From IMG/VR virus record IMGVR_UViG_3300043084_000165, positions 27,704-91,703 of that record: 64,000 nt of DNA; one strand, 5' to 3'. Positions within the stretch are counted from its first letter, which is position 1. Every line of letters begins with the position of its first letter. The notes under the pieces are model-generated. The model was not told where the DNA came from. It did not search any database and saw only the letters and a program-made list of their open reading frames with translations. This DNA comes from a virus. Its lineage: Duplodnaviria; Caudoviricetes. Positions 56,786 to 64,000 of the stretch are shown here, one piece after another. A program made the translations under genes and the position numbers.

Positions 56786-57268
56786 ATGGCAACAAGTGAC
56801 AGTGCAGGGGCTCTTGAAAAGGCTAAAACCATAGCAGAAAAGGCCAACAATTGGATATCAGACATCAGAACTCGTGTAGATGAGTTTCAGGCGCGTATGC
56901 AAGAATATGTAGACGAGGCAAATGCTGTTATCAACAATGCAGCCAATAACAGTCAGAAATATATAAATGCACAGCTTACAAAAATTCAGACCAAGCTCAA
57001 TGCCTATTATGACTCAGCCATGAAGTGGATAACTGATCAGCTGGCAAAACTAAAAGACTGGATAAATAAGCAGGTGCAGAAGATTCAGAAGCAGATTAAA
57101 GAGACTACTGGGCGTCTGGCCGCGTCCACTCAAGAAGCTGCGACTGGTGTTGAGGTGCCGGATAGCGTAGTGGAAAAGCTCAGTGCCGCTGTGCCTGATG
57201 TGGTGATTCCTGTGCCAGACATTCCTGAGATAACACTTAAAAAATTAGAAATAAATCAATTAACATGA
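56786..57268 (+). CDS. Coiled-coil hypothetical protein
   Basis: Helical, Q/K-rich. Confidence 0.6.
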   Translation: MATSDSAGALEKAKTIAEKANNWISDIRTRVDEFQARMQEYVDEANAVINNAANNSQKYINAQLTKIQTKLNAYYDSAMKWITDQLAKLKDWINKQVQKIQKQIKETTGRLAASTQEAATGVEVPDSVVEKLSAAVPDVVIPVPDIPEITLKKLEINQLT

Positions 57269-58212
57269 ATATTATCAAATTCAAAGACCAGCTGCGTCCT
57301 GGAGATGCTCTGTTTAATACATATCTAAAGGGTAAGTATGCTTACTGGATTCAGATGCGCTATGTGGTCCCATTTGATTTCATCAGCACTGCTCAGTATG
57401 TTCAGTACGAGAATGATTCTTCTATTCTCACCAACTGGCAGGCGCGTGGCTGTTCAGAGCCTGATCCGAGATTTTGGGATCTCCAGGGTAAGCATGCAGG
57501 TTACGGTGCCTGGGTGGATGTAGAGGCCACTGAGTCCGCAAACAACATCATCCCATTCACTCGTTCAAATAAGTACACCACTGATGAGGACCTTACGGTA
57601 GATGATGTGAAGAAGTTCAGACAGTGGCTAGCAGACTCTATTCTTGAGTTCGACCGCAACGAAGGTGGTGAACAGAAGATCTCATTCTTTGACGAGACCA
57701 CTACTGAGATGCTGCTGTACTATAAGAACAATTTATACAACACAGTGGTTAAGAGCCTGAACAACATCCCATCAGAGCTATCAGTGACAAGTTCAAACGT
57801 TACAAAATGCTCTTGTGGCTCGGGTACAGATGTATCTAATTTATATAACAGTGTGCTGGGTTGTGACGCACTTGCTATATATAGACAGTATATATATAAG
57901 GTAATGTGTGACAAGTTCAGTGATATTGATTTTTGGGCCGACTTCCCTGTGATATTTATTTGGGAGTTCAAGAAATATATAGACAATATCATCACTCTCA
58001 ATCTCACACTCACCCAGTCACCTTATAAATCAGTATTCACAGACTGTTCTTGCTCGTTTAATCTGCAGTCCACGCAGCTGGAGATATTAAACAGACTGAG
58101 CACGGCGCTTGAGTACATTGGCTCAGAAGAGATCTCAGGCAACAGAAACTTCATCAGCAAGGCGCTGAGCGACTGGGCTCAGAATCTCTATGAAAACATG
58201 TACTGGGCTTGA
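57265..58212 (+). CDS. Hypothetical protein
   Basis: 315-aa coupled ORF with two CSC motifs. Confidence 0.65.
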   Translation: MNIIKFKDQLRPGDALFNTYLKGKYAYWIQMRYVVPFDFISTAQYVQYENDSSILTNWQARGCSEPDPRFWDLQGKHAGYGAWVDVEATESANNIIPFTRSNKYTTDEDLTVDDVKKFRQWLADSILEFDRNEGGEQKISFFDETTTEMLLYYKNNLYNTVVKSLNNIPSELSVTSSNVTKCSCGSGTDVSNLYNSVLGCDALAIYRQYIYKVMCDKFSDIDFWADFPVIFIWEFKKYIDNIITLNLTLTQSPYKSVFTDCSCSFNLQSTQLEILNRLSTALEYIGSEEISGNRNFISKALSDWAQNLYENMYWA

Positions 58213-58273
58213 TAATATCATTTGCACACCGCAAAATATTAAGTGATTATTGAGATAAATATAACCTAATAAA

Positions 58274-59428
58274 ATGGCAAGTAATCTTTTGGAACACGCC
58301 CGCACGAACGCTGCGTTCAGCTCTATAAAAGCAGCTCTGCATGAGATAGGTGTAGATGTATCCTCTGTCGATGACTTAGAGGATGCAGCTAAAGCCATTC
58401 GCTCTGAGTGTGTTACAGGTCCAAACGCTGTGGTAAACGCTACCATATCTGGAGGAACTGGTATACGAGTTGTTCCAGTGGATCGCAAGGGATATAAAAT
58501 ATCTTCTACTGCTGATGGTTTGCTCACTGCTGACATTGACAACAATCTCAAGCGTGGCAGCTCAGTGCAGAAGGCTCTCACTTATATCATCCGCGACAAG
58601 ATTCCTGCTGCTATCTCAGAGGCTATCGCTACACCAGCCATTGTGTCTATAGAGACATTCAAGGCTGAGTCAGATGGGGTAGATTTCTATGAGAACCGTG
58701 CTTATGGTGCAAAAGGCAAAGGGCGTAAGTCAGGCCTACATCCTTATGAATGGTATCTCAAGATTTATACTATCTCTTCTGTGGAGCCGCTGTATGTGGG
58801 CTTAGGTAATATGCTTGAAGACGTCAAACACGACATCTTCTGCGACCTGGCGCACATGGTGGATAGACAGATTCAGGAGGCTATCAAGCAGCACATTAAC
58901 AAATCGCATGGTGGATTTGTGAAGCGCCCCCGCCCAGTTCGTCCTGCACCTCTTCATCCAACACTTGACGAGAGTTATGGTGGTAACGCCGATGATGATG
59001 TCTTCACAGTAGATACAGAGCTCCCGGATGACACCTTCGCAGGATTTGATCCGGATACGGACTTCTCTGTGGATGGCAGCAACAACTGCGATGTCTGCAA
59101 TCCTGATAGAGGCGACACGGATGTAAATACTGATGGTGAAAACTGCGACATCTGCTCTAAAGACACTTCATACGGTGGCAATGACAGCGACAGCGACACA
59201 GACTTCTCTGTGGATCACGACCCTCTGGATGAGAGCTTTGGCGGCAATGACGGAGATGATAGCTACGGCATAGATGGCGAAGATGAGGACGAAGGTAACC
59301 TTTCTGAGGACTTAGGTCTTGATTCAGACTCTGATGCTGAGTTTGATTTGGATGATGATGAGAACAAGAAAGATGAGGAGGGTGATGGTGAAACCTTAGA
59401 TGATTTTATCGAAAATTTGAACGCATAA
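58274..59428 (+). CDS. Hypothetical protein with very acidic repetitive C-terminus
   Basis: Repeats S[YF]GGN x3, DTDFSVD x2, NCD[VI]C x2. Confidence 0.65.
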   Translation: MASNLLEHARTNAAFSSIKAALHEIGVDVSSVDDLEDAAKAIRSECVTGPNAVVNATISGGTGIRVVPVDRKGYKISSTADGLLTADIDNNLKRGSSVQKALTYIIRDKIPAAISEAIATPAIVSIETFKAESDGVDFYENRAYGAKGKGRKSGLHPYEWYLKIYTISSVEPLYVGLGNMLEDVKHDIFCDLAHMVDRQIQEAIKQHINKSHGGFVKRPRPVRPAPLHPTLDESYGGNADDDVFTVDTELPDDTFAGFDPDTDFSVDGSNNCDVCNPDRGDTDVNTDGENCDICSKDTSYGGNDSDSDTDFSVDHDPLDESFGGNDGDDSYGIDGEDEDEGNLSEDLGLDSDSDAEFDLDDDENKKDEEGDGETLDDFIENLNA

Positions 59429-59438
59429 AATATAAATT

Positions 59439-60317
59439 ATGATTAACGATAGATTTCCTCATGGCCCATCAGAGCTTGACAAGAACATTGTTGCGAAGCT
59501 CTGGGATAAAATCTGTGCTAACTTTGCATCCAATGAGGCTGTGAGTAAGCTTGCAGCTGACTTGCAGCGCATAGAATATGGCCGTCAGATACAGTCCGCT
59601 CAGGTGGCTAATGCAGCTGCTGCGGTGGTTATCAAAGACATACAAAAGGATCTTGAAACTGTCAAGAACGACGTATATGATTATGTCAACAGCATTGATA
59701 AGTTCTGTGTAGAGATCTGCACCATCGCAGATAAATACAACAGACCAGCTATCAAGGCACCGAAGTATAATACTATATATCTCGTTCCATCAGAACTGAC
59801 TGATCAGGATGATTCATGGGATGAATGGATTGCTATTCCACGCCGCATTGGTAACAAGGAGAGCTTCAAGTGGGAGCGCTTGGGGGCTAAAAAGATTGAT
59901 TTGAGTTGGGTTAAGTCTGATTTCGATTCAGTCAATGCAGCTATTGCAGATCTTCAGAAGAAGCTTCGTAAGTTCTCTAAACTGACTGCTCAGGCGATTC
60001 TTGACAAGGCCACAACCCCGATCGAGGAGCTGAAGGCTTATATCAACTCACCCGAGTTCATTTCTTATGTGTATGAACAGCTTCCTCGCGCAACAATCGG
60101 ACAGGATGGTTTGATGACAGCCAATTCAGTAGCCATGTTGCAGGGCCTGGCGCTCTGGGCTAACAACGATCAGAAAATCCTGGGTGGTGGTGCAATGAGC
60201 GCAGATTATGTGATCCGCGCTATGGAGTATTACGGTATCTCTTGTGATGATCTCAAAACCGAGGATGAGTGTGGACACAGTGCTATATATCCTGAGTTTA
60301 ATTTTCCACGCAACTAA
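59439..60317 (+). CDS. Hypothetical virion protein
   Basis: NTIYLVP...WDEW...WERLG and LPRAT..DGLMT motifs typical of fibre-associated proteins. Confidence 0.5.
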   Translation: MINDRFPHGPSELDKNIVAKLWDKICANFASNEAVSKLAADLQRIEYGRQIQSAQVANAAAAVVIKDIQKDLETVKNDVYDYVNSIDKFCVEICTIADKYNRPAIKAPKYNTIYLVPSELTDQDDSWDEWIAIPRRIGNKESFKWERLGAKKIDLSWVKSDFDSVNAAIADLQKKLRKFSKLTAQAILDKATTPIEELKAYINSPEFISYVYEQLPRATIGQDGLMTANSVAMLQGLALWANNDQKILGGGAMSADYVIRAMEYYGISCDDLKTEDECGHSAIYPEFNFPRN

Positions 60318-60377
60318 GCGAGTTTAACAGTAGACGTTTTTTTTTTTGATTATAAAAATATACAAACTGAAATCAAT

Positions 60378-61544
60378 ATGGCAAATTTGGCATCAAACAA
60401 GTTGTTTCTTGACCAGGTCGGTTTACAGGCCTTGATTAAGAAAATTGCTCTCATCAAACAGGAGCTTGCAGAAGGCGCTCAGGGCATCGCTGACGATGTG
60501 GTAGCTCTTACTGAACTTGTAAATACTATCATCATTAAGGGTGATGACGGTTCTACTGAAGCTCAGGGCATCCTGGCTGACGTGATCGCATCTGCAGCAG
60601 CACTTCGTGAGGAGCTTGGTGAGACTCCTGCCGATGCTGATAGCACAGTATATGACCGTCTTGTAGCTCTTGAGGATGCTGTGAAGGCTCTCCAGGATCT
60701 TACTTCTGATTACGAGGAGCTCAAGGCAAAGGCTTTTGCTGATGTAAAAGCAACTTATAAGGCAGGCGACCAAAAGGTCATTTTGTCTTATTCTAATAAG
60801 GCAGGTGAAGAGGTTGCAACCGCGGAAATCAGCACTGCTGACTTCATCGTTCACGGTCTCGTTCAGGACGTCAACACTGTAACTGTAGAGGGTTCTAAAG
60901 TAACTCTTCCTTCAGGTGAGGAAATTGATGTTCCTGCTGATATTCTTGATCACAAGGGTGACAAGTACTTGGTATTCAGATTCTGCGTGGCTCACGAGAA
61001 TACTGATAGCGAGATTGCTCATGACGAACTCAAAACTATTTGGGTGAACGTAAACGACTTGTTCAACGACTACGACTTCGAAGGAGCTACTGATGATGCA
61101 GACTACTTGAAGGTAGAGGCTACTGAGGTAGTATCAGGAGTTGCTGGCACTCAGAACAAGGTAACTGTAAAGGTATCACTCGGTGATGCACAGAAAGCAG
61201 TAAATGACCTCGTTGAGGGTAAGACTGTTTCTGCATCTGATGCAAACAAGAACTACCGCGGTATCATTGCATTGAACGATGACTTGGACGCAGAGATCGC
61301 TGCACGCGAAGCTTCAGACAAGGCTGCCGAAGAGCTGAAGGGGAAAGTTGACAAGCTCGTTGATGAGGTTGAGACTGAAACTACAGGCTTACTCGATCGT
61401 GCTGACGTGGCTGAAGGTAAGATTGATGACCTGGAAGACTGGGTTAACAACTCAGCAATTCCTGCAGCATACATCTCTGACTATCTTGACTGGACCATTG
61501 AAGGATCCACTACTACTGAACCAAATATAGGATCATATAAATAA
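60378..61544 (+). CDS. Fibre-like structural protein
   Basis: N-terminal FLDQVGL motif, coiled-coils, ADFI.HG. Confidence 0.55.
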   Translation: MANLASNKLFLDQVGLQALIKKIALIKQELAEGAQGIADDVVALTELVNTIIIKGDDGSTEAQGILADVIASAAALREELGETPADADSTVYDRLVALEDAVKALQDLTSDYEELKAKAFADVKATYKAGDQKVILSYSNKAGEEVATAEISTADFIVHGLVQDVNTVTVEGSKVTLPSGEEIDVPADILDHKGDKYLVFRFCVAHENTDSEIAHDELKTIWVNVNDLFNDYDFEGATDDADYLKVEATEVVSGVAGTQNKVTVKVSLGDAQKAVNDLVEGKTVSASDANKNYRGIIALNDDLDAEIAAREASDKAAEELKGKVDKLVDEVETETTGLLDRADVAEGKIDDLEDWVNNSAIPAAYISDYLDWTIEGSTTTEPNIGSYK

Positions 61545-61549
61545 AATTT

Positions 61550-62242
61550 ATGGCACTGACAAGCAAACAGTACCTTGACATCGAAGGCTTGAAGGCCTTT
61601 TGGGCAAAGGCAAAGACTTATATTGAGGCTAACTCAGCCGATAGTGGTGAGGTGCAGACTGCGATTAACACCGTAGCTCTCGCATATGACAGCACAACTA
61701 AAAAGATCAACTTGACCAATGGTAGCACCTCACTCGGCTCCGTTGACTGCACCGATTTCATTAAGGATGCATTTGTAAAGAGCGGTAAAGTTGTAACTGG
61801 CACTGATGGTAAGACAAAACTTCAGTTGACTCTTATCACTGTTGAGCGTCCGGGTGAGACTGGCACTGAGAGCACTGTTGATATTGATGTAACCGACCTC
61901 GTGAAGGTTGATGCATCTAACATCACTCTTTCTGATGGCACAACTGTAGAGAAAGCCGTATCAGACCTGAAGAGTGCAGATACTACTAACTCAAATGCTA
62001 TTACTCAGGAGATTGCGGATCGCAAGACAGCTGACACTAACCTTGAGTCATCTCTCACTACTGCATACAAGGCAGCTGATACAACTCTTAGCAGCGACCT
62101 CACCACTGCATACAAGGCAGCTGACAAGGTGATCGCTGATAACCTCACTCAGGAGATCGCAGATCGCAAGTCTGGTGACAGTGAGGTATATGCAGCCATC
62201 ACTGCTATCTCAACAACTGACGTTGAGGCATTGTTCTCATAA
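61550..62242 (+). CDS. Fibre-like structural protein with coiled-coil repeats
   Basis: YLDIEGL; DFIKD; repeats TQEIADRK x2, LTTAYKAAD x2. Confidence 0.55.
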   Translation: MALTSKQYLDIEGLKAFWAKAKTYIEANSADSGEVQTAINTVALAYDSTTKKINLTNGSTSLGSVDCTDFIKDAFVKSGKVVTGTDGKTKLQLTLITVERPGETGTESTVDIDVTDLVKVDASNITLSDGTTVEKAVSDLKSADTTNSNAITQEIADRKTADTNLESSLTTAYKAADTTLSSDLTTAYKAADKVIADNLTQEIADRKSGDSEVYAAITAISTTDVEALFS

Positions 62243-62264
62243 GTAACACATTTCTGAACATTAT

Positions 62265-62295
62265 AGAGCCTGGTGCACTGCATCGGGCTCTTTTT
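62265..62295 (+). terminator. Intrinsic terminator
   Basis: AGAGCCTGGTGC-ACT-GCATCGGGCTCT-TTTT. Confidence 0.75.
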
Positions 62296-62345
62296 GTATA
62301 CAGGTTTTGATATATTATTTAGATATAAATACAATTGCGTTAATT

Positions 62346-64000
62346 ATGACGGAAAAACAATTCCTTGACAAAAGCGGTGTGCAAATCATTGCTGACAAGA
62401 TTAACACGCTGGCAGCTGTCACAGATAAGCTTATGGACCTCGATCATGCCATGATTGTATCTGCGGGTGAGTTTGCAGAGATCACTCCAGACGCTGATAC
62501 TGTGTATGGTATCTATGGTGAAGGTGAGGGAACAACGCTGGGTGATGTGCTGCTCTATAATACAAAAAAGTCATCATACGAATATTATTCCGCTGATGAT
62601 CTTTCTAAACTGGGATCTGAGTATGAGCCTATTGGTATCGTGGTGATTCCGGCTACTCATAATGTGTATGGTGACGGAACGCCCGGTATCATGGCACTCA
62701 AGGCTGCTCGCACAGACACTCCGGACACCGGTGGCGCGGAACAGGGAATCTCTTGGGGTACTTATGGAACGGAGAACATCTCTGAGCTCCCGGACTATAC
62801 AACAGTGGGTTTGGTGGATTATACCATCAACATACTTGCTAATACTAATACTGCACTGGCTTCTTCAGATGTTGCATATCTTGCTACTGACTTTGGCACA
62901 ACTGTGGTAGGTGAGTTCAACAGCAAATATGGATGGACTACTAAACAAGCAGTTCATATTGCGCCAATCTTCGCAGAGGATGGCTCTATCTCAGGTTGTA
63001 CTATGCGAGATGCACTGGTTATTGCTTCGGGTGCTACCAAAACAACTACATATCTCAATCTTGATGATGATACTGAGTATCCATTATTTGCGGGTATCAG
63101 AGCTATTGGGGGTGATTGGTACTTGCCAACAGTTTACGAGCTGGCTTGTGCTATCTCTAATCGCAATGCACTTAATGAGATTTTGACAGCGGCTGGTGTA
63201 CAGAAGATCGAGTCACAAGACTACTGGACTGTGGATTCTTATTCTTCTACAGAAGCTCGTTATATCTCTGCTAACACTGGTTATGTATCTCATGCAGCAG
63301 CCACAAACTCAAAACTAGTACGCGCTTTCAAGACCGTCAGTGCAGCGTCTGTGGTGGGTCAGTTCTATAACGGTTCTGCCTTTGTGGATAGCTATGACAG
63401 CAGCTGCATAGGTATCTCTGTGCGCTGTGAGGGAACTACTTCTCTTATTATGTCACTACAGCATGTGACTACAACAGGTTTTGGCACAGCTACTGGTGTG
63501 AAGTTCTCCACACTCAGCTCGTTCTCTAAAACAAGCAACACCGGAAACATCTATGGTTGTGATGATCTGCCTACTGTAACAAATGATGTTATCTCTACGT
63601 CATCCTGGGGTCGTATGCCATCTGATAACTTCAACGGCGCCCTGTCACCTGATGGTGTTTCTAAGTATTATCCCATTATAGGACCTTACATTCCGTCATC
63701 ATACAATGCTGATGGTACTAAAAACAAGAATTGGTCGAAGTATTGCTGCTCTGATTATAATGGATATACCAACACTGCTGCCATCTTGTCACATGTGACA
63801 CTAGAGAATTGGCAAACGCTGGATAGTATTCCTGATACATATACTACGTCACGTCCTGCTGGCGAGTACCCAGCCGCTTGTGCTTGTTGGCGCTACAGCA
63901 CTGTAGGAACAGAACAGGGTGATTGGTACCTTCCTGCCTGTGGTGAGTTCGGATATGTATGTGCTCGTATGAAGGCTATCAATACAGCCATATCCAAAAT
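62346..64000 (+). CDS. Putative adhesin/receptor-binding protein with tandem C-type-lectin-like (DUF1566/Lcl-type) domains; runs off window
   Basis: Not in ORF track; hand-translated MTEKQFLDKSGV..., YEPIGIVVIP, GDWYLPTVYEL...YWT...VRAF, second GDWYLPACGE in the same frame. Confidence 0.7.
   Translation, partial: MTEKQFLDKSGVQIIADKINTLAAVTDKLMDLDHAMIVSAGEFAEITPDADTVYGIYGEGEGTTLGDVLLYNTKKSSYEYYSADDLSKLGSEYEPIGIVVIPATHNVYGDGTPGIMALKAARTDTPDTGGAEQGISWGTYGTENISELPDYTTVGLVDYTINILANTNTALASSDVAYLATDFGTTVVGEFNSKYGWTTKQAVHIAPIFAEDGSISGCTMRDALVIASGATKTTTYLNLDDDTEYPLFAGIRAIGGDWYLPTVYELACAISNRNALNEILTAAGVQKIESQDYWTVDSYSSTEARYISANTGYVSHAAATNSKLVRAFKTVSAASVVGQFYNGSAFVDSYDSSCIGISVRCEGTTSLIMSLQHVTTTGFGTATGVKFSTLSSFSKTSNTGNIYGCDDLPTVTNDVISTSSWGRMPSDNFNGALSPDGVSKYYPIIGPYIPSSYNADGTKNKNWSKYCCSDYNGYTNTAAILSHVTLENWQTLDSIPDTYTTSRPAGEYPAACACWRYSTVGTEQGDWYLPACGEFGYVCARMKAINTAISK

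Noticed and set aside
1-64000. Stop-codon reassignment as in Lak or some crAss-like phages
   Set aside because: Genes are full length under code 11, and TAG (4056, 17977, 43095, 47884), TGA and TAA all terminate genes
1-64000. tRNA or rRNA genes
   Set aside because: No cloverleaf or T-loop consensus found in the intergenic gaps by eye; tRNAscan-SE would confirm

Overview
64 kb of a large T4-like (myovirus, probably jumbo) phage genome. It uses the standard genetic code and is densely coding. The host is most likely Bacteroidota, based on AT-rich leaders without Shine-Dalgarno sites and a lipoprotein packed with D-S-x O-glycosylation sequons. Virion genes (gp23-like major capsid, gp4, gp15, gp5-, gp25-, gp6-like, tail-tube fold, fibre/adhesin genes) are interleaved with minus-strand replication and metabolism genes (sigma factor, ThyX, UvsW, exonuclease, dUTPase-like, two AAA+ ATPases) and plus-strand RuvC. 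Highlights: (1) a 7-deazaguanine DNA-modification locus with FolE2, QueD, QueE and a TGT/DpdA-like transglycosylase, plus an ArcS/DUF5591-like protein, a GNAT and an HD-like hydrolase, but no QueC in the window, so possibly a new base modification; (2) a family-B DNA polymerase split in two by one of four paralogous nuclease-GNAT-like genes, with the C-terminal half given its own promoter; (3) a fixed-spacing phage promoter YTAAA-N18-TATAT/TATTT seen 14 times; (4) two unexplained families of dispersed ~100-bp intergenic elements and a conserved structured leader; (5) several enzymes with T4 capsid-targeting-like N-termini. All protein calls come from motif recognition by eye; no database search was run.
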